Below, one piece after another: positions 34,231-42,834 of a stretch of 64,000 bases of DNA (positions are counted from its first letter, which is position 1; each line of letters starts with the position of its first letter). Made by a program: the position numbers and the translations under genes. The notes beneath the pieces are model-generated. The model was not told the DNA's origin. It saw only the letters and a list, made by a program, of their open reading frames with translations, and ran no database searches. The DNA lies in contig MHCJ01000007.1 of the NCBI GenBank assembly GCA_001816585.1, forward strand, positions 2,062 to 66,061. The letters run 5' to 3'. Source of the stretch: Candidatus Chisholmbacteria bacterium RIFCSPHIGHO2_01_FULL_52_32 (GTDB lineage: Bacteria > Patescibacteriota > Microgenomatia > UBA1400 > Chisholmbacteraceae).

Positions 34231-36090
34231 ATGAATATTGCTATCGTCTCCGCAGGTTTAAGCACCCATTCTGGCCTCCGCGCCCCAATTGAGCTTGCCA
34301 AGGCCCTCAAAGCCCTCGGCCACCAAATCACGTTCTATGCTCTCTCCAAAGGAAAAGACAACCCGGCAGTCAACGATCTTCGAAGAACAGGGATTCGCGT
34401 TTCCGTCGTAAACGCCCGGTCTCTGCTTACACAAATCCTAATCCTGAAAAAAAAGCTTGAGGCTGGCAATCATGACATTATTTCGGCACACTGTTTCGTA
34501 AGCCAGCTCCTGGCTGCGCGCCTCACAGGTATCCCGGTCGTTTGGACCTACTACGGCACCCAGTTAAACGTCCTTCGCGAACACGTGTTCCCAACCAAGA
34601 ATACGGTGATTGACACAATCGATAGCCTCCTCAACCTGACTATCCGCCTCAAAACGCAAGCAATGGCTTGGCTGGCCGACGAAATCCTGTCGATTAGCAA
34701 TAGCGCAAAGCAGGAGCTTAAAAAGCTCTACGGCCGCAAACCCTTTGCCACCGTCCCCCTCGGCTCCGCCCCACCATCCTTCACAACAAAACCGCTTTCT
34801 CTCTCTCTACGCCCTACGCCCTACGCCCTAAGCCCTAAAATCATTCTCTCCGTCAGCCGTATCACTCCCTACAAAGGCTTTCATCTCCTCATCAGAGTGG
34901 TAAACAGGCTTTCAAAACGCATTCCCGATCTGAAACTTGTGATCGTCGGCTCTGCCCCCCTTCCCCGGTATCTCTCCTACCTTAAAAAAATCTCCGGTTC
35001 CTCTGTGGAAATTATCGTCAATCCAAGTGACGCCAAACTGGTCACGCTTTTCCGACAAGCCAAAATCTACGCGACGGCGGATGAGTACCTGTTCTACGGA
35101 CTCCCGATTTGGGAAGCCTCATCATTTGGCATCCCCTCTGTTGCACTCAAACGCAAAGCCGCTTCCGAAGCGATCGTTCACGGAAAAACCGGCTTTCTTG
35201 CAAAAAACGAGGCTGATCTCGAAGAGTACCTCGAACGGTTACTTACGAATCCAAAACTCTGTCAGCGTATGGGGGAAAAAGCCAGAGAACTCGCTTCCCA
35301 TCGGACCTGGGGAAAAACCGCCCGAAGCTACGAAGGGATACTCCGACAAGTCCTGACCAAACTCTATCTCCCCCTGATCCCGACGGGCTTCTATAGCCTA
35401 ATGAAAAATCTTCAAACGCAAAGAAACCTCACCCTTGCCGACCTCGGATCAGATACGGGAATGAATCTTAAGATTCTGGGAAAACTTGATCTCCTCCGCC
35501 CCATCGCCAAGTTGATAGCTGTCGACATCGATACCAAAAATCTCAAACCCCTCGCCAGAGAAGATCCCAAAGTCCAAATACTCCAAGCGAACCTCACCAG
35601 CCTAAGAAGGGTCCCGAAAAACTCCGTTAACACCATAATCTGTACACAAGTCATTGAACACATTGAAAATCAACAAAAAGCGCTCTCGGAAATTGCCAGG
35701 GTTCTCAAACCGGGAGGAAAGCTGTTCTTAAGTTCGGTTGCAAAAAAATGGTATGGCCTCTACTGGCACAACAATAAAAAGGGAAAAATTGTCGTCCACC
35801 CAGACCACGTCCATGAATTCAGCAGTGTTGAGGAGTTTATTGACCTGATTCAGTCATCAGGACTAACCGTGATCAGATCTGAGCAACTTCCGGGTAGGTT
35901 TCCGCTTTTTGATTACTTCCTTCGTGCGATAAACCTTCTTGCAGGAAAACCAACTTCAGCCGAACACCGGGATTTCTACCTAAAACATCCTCGCCTCATC
36001 CGCTGGCACAAACATCTTTCCTTCCTTCCCATCCCCGGATACTCGATTGTTGAGGCACTCGCTCAAAAACCAATGAGGGAACAGAAATAA
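34231..36090 (+). CDS. GT4 glycosyltransferase fused to a C-terminal class I SAM methyltransferase
   Basis: 619 aa; GT4 region residues 1-370, then the MTase motif DLGSDTGMN...VLKPGGKLFL; contains a (CTACGCC)x3 tract. Confidence 0.8.
   Translation: MNIAIVSAGLSTHSGLRAPIELAKALKALGHQITFYALSKGKDNPAVNDLRRTGIRVSVVNARSLLTQILILKKKLEAGNHDIISAHCFVSQLLAARLTGIPVVWTYYGTQLNVLREHVFPTKNTVIDTIDSLLNLTIRLKTQAMAWLADEILSISNSAKQELKKLYGRKPFATVPLGSAPPSFTTKPLSLSLRPTPYALSPKIILSVSRITPYKGFHLLIRVVNRLSKRIPDLKLVIVGSAPLPRYLSYLKKISGSSVEIIVNPSDAKLVTLFRQAKIYATADEYLFYGLPIWEASSFGIPSVALKRKAASEAIVHGKTGFLAKNEADLEEYLERLLTNPKLCQRMGEKARELASHRTWGKTARSYEGILRQVLTKLYLPLIPTGFYSLMKNLQTQRNLTLADLGSDTGMNLKILGKLDLLRPIAKLIAVDIDTKNLKPLAREDPKVQILQANLTSLRRVPKNSVNTIICTQVIEHIENQQKALSEIARVLKPGGKLFLSSVAKKWYGLYWHNNKKGKIVVHPDHVHEFSSVEEFIDLIQSSGLTVIRSEQLPGRFPLFDYFLRAINLLAGKPTSAEHRDFYLKHPRLIRWHKHLSFLPIPGYSIVEALAQKPMREQK
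34807..34841. repeat. heptamer tract (CTACGCC)x3 CTAAGCC CTAAAAT inside coding sequence
   Basis: encodes LRPTPYALSPK; the same TACGCCC unit recurs at 51036-51050 and 55281-55300. Confidence 0.8.
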
Positions 36091-37010
36091 TGAACCAAAG
36101 CAGCCTCACAACCATCCTTCATTCCCTCAACTTCGACCGTCAATTTCTCTTCAGCCCATTTCCGAAAACCCTCAGCGACCGCCTGGAATTTATTGTGAGA
36201 AAATACTCGCTTCTGTTGAACCATCACTACTTGGGAAGACCGGTGAGACTCGGAGATTCCAAAGTGAGGATCAACGGACGCTTCTTCTACTACGAATCCA
36301 CCCTGGGCATTGCCCCCTATCAAACTATGCTTGTCAACTTCGAAAACCGCTATCTTCCCTATCTCCAAAATCTGCATAAACCGCTCGTTATTGACATCGG
36401 CGCCCACATCGGGTTTTTCTCCCTCACGGCGGCAAAGCTTTGCAAACCATCCCGCATTTTCGCCTGCGAACCGCTTAGGCTTACCTTCAGCCTCCTCAAA
36501 AAAAATTGCACTGGGGAAAAAGCCATCATCCCAATCCACCTCGGATTTTGGAACAAGCCAACGCGCCACAAAATGTTCTATACGGAAAGCTTCCTTGCCT
36601 ATAGCTCCCTCTTTCCCGAACGCTTCACCTGGAACAACCACCCAATGACGCAAACAGTGAAGGTTACAACCCTCGATGCATTCGCAAAGCGGAACCACAT
36701 TGATCGAATTGATCTCTTAAAGATCGATGCCGAAGGGGCCGAAGAGCAAATTCTTAAAGGGGCAAGCCAAACGCTGACAAAAACGATCTATCTTCTCATC
36801 GAATGCTCCTTCGACCAGCTTGGTGGAAGTACGATGAGCTCTCTGGTAAAACATCTCCATGGCAAAGAAAAGAATTTTCAACTCATTGAAATTGGTGATA
36901 TTCGGCGCACTCCCCAAAGAGAACTCGCGACCATCGATTTCTTCTTCAAGAACCTTCGATTTAAAGGGGCGAGGCAAAAACAATACCCTTTACCCGCAAG
37001 CATCGGCTGA
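36090..37010 (+). CDS. FkbM-family methyltransferase
   Basis: 306 aa; IDIGAHIGFF, ACEP, KIDAEGAE motifs; 4-bp overlap with the upstream gene. Confidence 0.8.
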   Translation: MNQSSLTTILHSLNFDRQFLFSPFPKTLSDRLEFIVRKYSLLLNHHYLGRPVRLGDSKVRINGRFFYYESTLGIAPYQTMLVNFENRYLPYLQNLHKPLVIDIGAHIGFFSLTAAKLCKPSRIFACEPLRLTFSLLKKNCTGEKAIIPIHLGFWNKPTRHKMFYTESFLAYSSLFPERFTWNNHPMTQTVKVTTLDAFAKRNHIDRIDLLKIDAEGAEEQILKGASQTLTKTIYLLIECSFDQLGGSTMSSLVKHLHGKEKNFQLIEIGDIRRTPQRELATIDFFFKNLRFKGARQKQYPLPASIG

Positions 37011-37034
37011 CTAAGCTAAAATAACTGACAAATC

Positions 37035-38405
37035 ATGAAAGGAAAGCCCTTAACTACCATCATCCTTCTTGGCATATTCTTGAGAGTCATCTTCCTCTTC
37101 CACCACAATATCTGGCTTGATGAATCCATAAGCATCCTCATCTCACGGCTCGCAATCCCCAGGCTCCTCTCAGTCGCCAGCTACGACAACAACCCACCGC
37201 TCTTCTATCTCTTACTCCACTTCTGGATGAAGGTTTCCCAAAATCCCATTTGGCTTCGCACGCTATCTCTCCTCTTCTCGACAGCGACGATTCCCGCAGT
37301 CTTCCTCCTTGCACGCTCTCTTGCAAATCAGAAAACCGCGGTCCTTTCATCACTGCTCGTTGCGATCATGCCTGCGCAGCTCTACTATTCCGGCGAGATC
37401 CGCTTCTACTCTCTTCTAATCCTCCAATCCGCTCTCCTTTTCTCAATCGCTCTCAGAAAGAACAAACCCCAGGGAGTTCCGCTTACCGCCCTTCTCACCG
37501 CAACTATCCTTACCCACTATACCGGTATCCTAGGAATTGCTTTGGCATTCTTCCTGATATGGAAAAAGTCAAAGCGACACATTTGGGTATGGATAACAAG
37601 TGCTGCTCTCGCTCTTCTCCTAAGCGCTCCTTGGATAACGCTAACGCTCTCAAAGCCACATCCGACACCCTGGACTCCGAATCCCCTCTTATCTGTTGCG
37701 TTCATGCCGATTGCGGCGACCACCGGTCTGGTGGGAATTGCTCCGCCCTCTACGCTCTCCCTTCTCCATGCCGCCCTCCGCTTCCTGATCGTCATCGTGG
37801 GCTTACTCTTTCTTTTGGCATTGGGAGCTCAACTTCGAACACCAGCGTCCAAGCTCACCGCCATAGTCGCAGTCATACTGGTCCTTTTGGCCGCAAGCCT
37901 CTTCCCCATCCTCTCGCCCCGCCTCATTCTTCCCTTCACACCCCTGCTCTATGTCTTCGCTGCAACATTCCTTGAGAAAAGTGCCTCCCTTCGCCTGGTA
38001 TTTCTTACCGCCACGACGGCCATAAGCGTCGCAAGTTTCCTCGTCCCAATGCGAGGGCCGCTGATCCAAACCGCCCTCGGAGCGTACCGAAACTCCGCCT
38101 TCCCCACCTACCACACCGCCCTGACCACGTTCTATCCTACTTCGGTTCTCCGAACAAACTCGGATATCTACCTCGGCCCCCGCACCTTTCCCACTCAAAT
38201 GACCGACGTAATCGGTGGCACACCGAAACCCATTGAATCAGTCGCCGAGAACCCCACATTTACACTCATTATCGATGAAAAAAATACCGATGAAAAAACG
38301 AAAAATGCCATAAAAGAACAACTTAAGTTTACACACGAGATGACAAAGCGATTTGATGCTGACTCAATCACCGTCCAAATGTATGAAAGAAAATCCAACC
38401 CCTAA
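37035..38405 (+). CDS. GT-C membrane glycosyltransferase, GT39/ArnT/PMT-like
   Basis: 456 aa; about 11 TM helices; N-terminal IWLDESISI ... NNPPLFY motif region typical of PMT_2/ArnT-like enzymes. Confidence 0.7.
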   Translation: MKGKPLTTIILLGIFLRVIFLFHHNIWLDESISILISRLAIPRLLSVASYDNNPPLFYLLLHFWMKVSQNPIWLRTLSLLFSTATIPAVFLLARSLANQKTAVLSSLLVAIMPAQLYYSGEIRFYSLLILQSALLFSIALRKNKPQGVPLTALLTATILTHYTGILGIALAFFLIWKKSKRHIWVWITSAALALLLSAPWITLTLSKPHPTPWTPNPLLSVAFMPIAATTGLVGIAPPSTLSLLHAALRFLIVIVGLLFLLALGAQLRTPASKLTAIVAVILVLLAASLFPILSPRLILPFTPLLYVFAATFLEKSASLRLVFLTATTAISVASFLVPMRGPLIQTALGAYRNSAFPTYHTALTTFYPTSVLRTNSDIYLGPRTFPTQMTDVIGGTPKPIESVAENPTFTLIIDEKNTDEKTKNAIKEQLKFTHEMTKRFDADSITVQMYERKSNP

Positions 38406-38425
38406 TTTAAGAATTGTTGTATTGC

Positions 38426-38497
38426 TAAATTGTTAAATTGTTAAAACAATAGAACAATGAGCGAGCGCTAGTGAGCGATAACAATAGAACAATGAAC
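38426..38497. promoter_or_regulatory. operator-like motif cluster: TAAATTGTTAAATTGTTAAA, then AACAATAGAACAATGA twice (19 nt apart), the second overlapping the start codon
   Basis: shares the 14-mer AACAATAGAACAAT with 32279-32292. Confidence 0.45.
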
Positions 38498-40798
38498 ATT
38501 GCAGTTCTCATCGACCTACTTGTACCCGGAGGCGTGCAGAAGGCAGCCATTGAAGAAGTGCGAAACCTTAGAACATCCGGCCACAAAGCAGAACTCTTTT
38601 GCCTCACCCGTACCCGCGTTGACTACCAATACGAAGATTTACTCAAAGGTATTCCTGTGCGCTATCTTTCCGACCGCAATCCCTTGTTTCTCCAAAGGGC
38701 AGTAAAAATTCCTTTCTTTACCTTCCTTACTACAAACCATCTCCTCTCCCCCTTTCTCGCCCACCGGTACCGAATCCTCAAGGACTTCGACCTCCTGATT
38801 GCCCACGGCACCACCACCTGCCCGACGGCCCTTGCCGTGAGCCGACACTTCAACGTCCCCTATGCGGCGTTCATTTGGGATCCTATGGGTTTTATCCTCC
38901 ACACGGTGTATAGAGTCACCCCCCTTCAGTACTTCTCCCCCCTCCTCGATATCATCATTCGTCTGGTCGAAAGACGGATGCTCACAAATGCGAGGCTCAT
39001 CGTGGCCCCATCCTCCGTGCACAAACGGGCCTTACAAAAAGCCTATGGGATCCAACCGATTGTCATCCCTCCAGGCCATGATTTCATCACAAAAAGAAAG
39101 CCGGGAAAACGAACCTACATCCTCGGATATTCCCGCTGGCAGAAAGAAAAGCATCCCGACTTCTTCCTGAAACTTGCCCAACAGGTGAACCTCCCGATCG
39201 TCCTTGCCGGACTCTGGTCAAACCAAAACGACCTGAAAGCCCTTCGCAGGGAAATCCATGAAAAACACCTCAACATCCAAATCGTCCAACCAGTCCACCA
39301 TAAGGATATCCCTCGCCTCGCAGGCAGAGCCATCGTCTGGGTTCACCCCCACTTCGAGGCGTTCGGAATGCCGGGCCTTGAACTGGCTTCACAGGGCGTC
39401 CCGATCATCATTCCCAAAGGATCCGGCGTGACCGATCTCTTCAAAAACGGTGTTCACGGGCTTTTTCCACCGAGAAACGAACGGGCGCTAATCGCTGCGG
39501 TAAAGACCATCCTGGAAAACCCGGTGTCGGCGCGACAAATGGGACGAAAGGCAGCCCAAGTCGCCAAGGCCTATACCTGGAAAGCCCATACCGCAAAGCT
39601 CCTCGATGCCATAAGCGGAAGAATGAAAGAAAATCCGCCCGCAACCATCCTGCACAACTCGTTTGTAACGACCGCATCCATCGGCGGTGGTGACCGGTTT
39701 ATGATTGAAATCGTCTCCCGCCTCAAACCCAGGAAATTTACGCTCATCACCCCAGAAATCGGCCTCTATCACTGGAAAAAATCGAAGGCAATCAATGTCT
39801 CCTACAAACTCCTCTCCCCCTCCATTTTCGATAACAACGAGTCTCCCTTGCTTCTCTTTTTGGCCTATCTCATCCGAAGCATTCAGACAATAATGAAATT
39901 AACCTTTCTTCCTCAAGTAAAAATCCTCATCTCAACCAACGAACTCACGCCGGAAACTCTCCCCGCCTATTGGTACAAAAAGACCCATCCGCAAACCCGG
40001 TGGATAGCCCGAATCTTCCACCTCGTCCCACCTCCGACAAAGAGAGAAGGCAATTTTCTTGTGAACGGAGGGTCTTTTCTTCTTCAACGGGCAAGCCTCA
40101 TGCTCATGCGCTCCTGCGATCGCATCCTGGTCGATAACCCGTTCCTAAAACAAGAGCTTATGAAACTTGGTTTCCCAAAACAACAAACCGAGGTCCACTA
40201 TGGCGGTGTCGACGTTGAAAAAATAGGAAGCTATAAGGCCGGGAAAACTGAGGCGTTCTCAGCAATCTCAGTCGGCCGCTTCTCTCCCCACAAGGGGACC
40301 TTCGACCTCGTGCCGATCTGGGAAAAAGTCATCCGAACAGTCCCTAAGGCAAAATTGGGCATTGTCGGAGACGGACCGGAAGATCTCAAGCAAAAACTGC
40401 GGGACCAAATCCAAAACGCCAACCTGAAAGATCATGTAAAACTCTTAGGGTTCCTGCCCCATGGTAAGCCACTATTTGATATGCTGAAAAACGCTCGCCT
40501 GCTGATCTTTCCCGATCACGAAGCCGGTTTTGGGCTTATCGTTGTCGAAGCCATGAGCGCCGGGCTGCCTGTCGTAGCCTACAACCTCCCCATCTTTGGG
40601 GAAACATATAAAAAAGGCTACCTTACTGCTCCGCTAAAACAGACTGATACGTTCGCCGCAAATATCGTCAAACTCCTCGAAGATCAAGCCCTCCATCAGA
40701 CCATACAAACACAAGCACGTGAAGAAGTCGGCAAATTCGATTGGAACCGCGCCGCCAGAAAATTTGACCGTCTCCTTAACCGGCTTAGCCAGGAATGA
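38471..40798 (+). CDS. tandem double GT4 glycosyltransferase fusion
   Basis: 775 aa (GTG start; alternative ATG at 38492); two GT4 modules; the second module is paralogous to the downstream gene 40795..42021. Confidence 0.8.
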   Translation: MSDNNRTMNIAVLIDLLVPGGVQKAAIEEVRNLRTSGHKAELFCLTRTRVDYQYEDLLKGIPVRYLSDRNPLFLQRAVKIPFFTFLTTNHLLSPFLAHRYRILKDFDLLIAHGTTTCPTALAVSRHFNVPYAAFIWDPMGFILHTVYRVTPLQYFSPLLDIIIRLVERRMLTNARLIVAPSSVHKRALQKAYGIQPIVIPPGHDFITKRKPGKRTYILGYSRWQKEKHPDFFLKLAQQVNLPIVLAGLWSNQNDLKALRREIHEKHLNIQIVQPVHHKDIPRLAGRAIVWVHPHFEAFGMPGLELASQGVPIIIPKGSGVTDLFKNGVHGLFPPRNERALIAAVKTILENPVSARQMGRKAAQVAKAYTWKAHTAKLLDAISGRMKENPPATILHNSFVTTASIGGGDRFMIEIVSRLKPRKFTLITPEIGLYHWKKSKAINVSYKLLSPSIFDNNESPLLLFLAYLIRSIQTIMKLTFLPQVKILISTNELTPETLPAYWYKKTHPQTRWIARIFHLVPPPTKREGNFLVNGGSFLLQRASLMLMRSCDRILVDNPFLKQELMKLGFPKQQTEVHYGGVDVEKIGSYKAGKTEAFSAISVGRFSPHKGTFDLVPIWEKVIRTVPKAKLGIVGDGPEDLKQKLRDQIQNANLKDHVKLLGFLPHGKPLFDMLKNARLLIFPDHEAGFGLIVVEAMSAGLPVVAYNLPIFGETYKKGYLTAPLKQTDTFAANIVKLLEDQALHQTIQTQAREEVGKFDWNRAARKFDRLLNRLSQE

Positions 40799-42021
40799 TC
40801 AAGAATAAACCGAATCTCGTTATCCTCGTCAACGCCTTTGTCTCCGCGAAATCGATCGGCGGAGGTGATCGTTTCATAATGGAAGTGGCGCCAACGCTCT
40901 CAAAAAGCGCCGACACAACCATCATCCTTCCCAAAGTCGGTTACCGTCACTGGCTGCAAAAAGGCCTGGCAAAAGCAAAATATATTGTCCTGAGACCAAC
41001 AGTATTTGACAACCGCGACAACCCATTTGCCATTATGCTGGCGTACCTTATCCGTTGCTTGCAAACGATTGTTATCCTCAAACGCTCCCGTCTGAGTCAC
41101 CTCGTAACCGCCTCGCACTACCTCCCCGATATTCTTCCGGCAGCCGTAATAAAATGGCTTCAGCCCGACATACGCTGGACCGCCAGAATGTACCACTTGA
41201 TCCCTTCACCAACCAAACGCGTCGGCAACCCCCTAACCAATACTGCAGTCTTCCTCCTCCAAAGGCTCTCCCTCCTTTTTCTGAGATACGCGGACCTGAT
41301 CGTCGCAGATAACCGGGAAACACTGATCCACTTAAGGAAAATGGGCTTCCTCCCCAACAATCTCAAGCTTCTTTTAAGCGGTATCGACTACCAAACAATC
41401 GCAAACCATATCCCAAGAAAAAACTTTCCTTTCGCTGCCGCCTATATCGGCCGCCTCGATCCCCACAAAGGAATCTTTGACCTTCCACAAGTCTGGCGCC
41501 TGGTTGTCAAAACCCTCCCAAAAACCAAGCTTGCGATCGCGGGCTATGGCCCAAAGGAAACCACACGAAACCTAACCAGGGAATTCAACAGGAACAATCC
41601 CAGCTCAAGTTTCAGCTTTGTCGGATTCCTACCCCATGAAGAAAATGGTTCACATCCGCTCTATGATCTCTTAAAGTCAATCAAAGTCCTTCTTTTGCCC
41701 AACCACGAAGGCGGCTGGCCACTCACCGTTGCCGAAGCCATGGCCGCTGGAGTTCCAGTGGTTGCGTATGATCTCACAATTTTCAGGACAGCCTTTACAC
41801 GAGGGAGGCTTATCGCCCCGATGAAAGATAAGCACATTTTTGCCAAACACGTGATCGCCCTGCTGTCCGATGAAAGGAGGCGAAAAAAGATTGGTCATAT
41901 CGCGGAAAAACAAGCCAGGCAATATGATGTCCGCCCAATCTCCCGCCAATTTGCTCAACTGATCTTGGGGAACGGTCCCGTCCTTCCAAGCCCAAAGCCA
42001 AGAAGTCATCCGGGACAATGA
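40795..42021 (+). CDS. GT4 glycosyltransferase
   Basis: 408 aa; EGGWPLTVAEAMAAGVPVVA; N-terminus SIGGGDRFIME parallels the second half of 38471..40798. Confidence 0.85.
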   Translation: MIKNKPNLVILVNAFVSAKSIGGGDRFIMEVAPTLSKSADTTIILPKVGYRHWLQKGLAKAKYIVLRPTVFDNRDNPFAIMLAYLIRCLQTIVILKRSRLSHLVTASHYLPDILPAAVIKWLQPDIRWTARMYHLIPSPTKRVGNPLTNTAVFLLQRLSLLFLRYADLIVADNRETLIHLRKMGFLPNNLKLLLSGIDYQTIANHIPRKNFPFAAAYIGRLDPHKGIFDLPQVWRLVVKTLPKTKLAIAGYGPKETTRNLTREFNRNNPSSSFSFVGFLPHEENGSHPLYDLLKSIKVLLLPNHEGGWPLTVAEAMAAGVPVVAYDLTIFRTAFTRGRLIAPMKDKHIFAKHVIALLSDERRRKKIGHIAEKQARQYDVRPISRQFAQLILGNGPVLPSPKPRSHPGQ

Positions 42022-42027
42022 GCAAAG

Positions 42028-42720
42028 TCAAAAGGATTGATAAGGCTTATTCCCAAAGATATAGAGCGTCCCGCAGAGCTTTTTAAAGGGAAAAAACAAC
42101 GGGCCGCGAAACACCGGGAAATTCCACTGTTCAAGTGTACGGCGAACTCCGGGAAGGGGCGGAAGCCCGTGAAGGATGGCTCCTTGAACACGTAAATCAC
42201 GAAATCCAGCCTCGAAAAGACGTTTCGCCCAGTAGCGGGATGCACGAACGTTCACATGCGTAGGGTCATCAGGAAAAATCCTCGTCGTCACCGATCGTAG
42301 CCAACCCTGGTGGTTTGGCGTCGTGATGAACAGGACGCCGCCTGGCCGGAGCACACGAAAGGCTTCGGAAAAAAGAAACATCGGAGAATGAAGATGTTCA
42401 ACAACATCAAAAATTGTTATTGCATCAAACCAATCATTTTTAAATGGAAGCCGTTGGCGAGCCACGTCTACCTTCTTAAGGACACCGTGTACTCGCCTTC
42501 TGGCTTGAGCCAGTGCGTATCCGGAAATATCAACTCCAGAGACTTTAGCCCCCCTCTTTTGCACAGAAGATAGAAAGTCCCCAAAGCCGCACCCGACATC
42601 TAACACGCGTCGCAAAGAAGCAACCTTTTCAAACAGGATCTCCGCACGGGCTTTGGAGATGAGTTCCCCCTCTCTCGATGCGTTATAAATCCGCTCAAAA
42701 TATTCCCGACCATAGTTCAT
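42028..42720 (-). CDS. class I SAM-dependent methyltransferase
   Basis: 230 aa; VLDVGCGFGDF motif I, DVVEHL, LRPGGVLFITTPN. Confidence 0.85.
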   Translation of the reverse strand: MNYGREYFERIYNASREGELISKARAEILFEKVASLRRVLDVGCGFGDFLSSVQKRGAKVSGVDISGYALAQARRRVHGVLKKVDVARQRLPFKNDWFDAITIFDVVEHLHSPMFLFSEAFRVLRPGGVLFITTPNHQGWLRSVTTRIFPDDPTHVNVRASRYWAKRLFEAGFRDLRVQGAILHGLPPLPGVRRTLEQWNFPVFRGPLFFPFKKLCGTLYIFGNKPYQSF

Positions 42721-42813
42721 AGGGTATAGGGTATAGGGTATAGGAATTAGGGTTTAGGAATTAGAAATTTGATGTCATTCGTACTGTAATTTGTTATTTG
42801 TAATTTGAAATTT
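42721..42813. repeat. two heptamer tracts: (AGGGTAT)x3 plus 4 degenerate AGGNNTT units, then (GTAATTT/GTTATTT/GTAATTT/GAAATTT)
   Basis: begins at the nucleotide after the ATG of the methyltransferase (minus strand), so it occupies the RBS and promoter region. Confidence 0.85.
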
Positions 42814-42834
42814 GTCTCCCCCTCACCATCCTTC

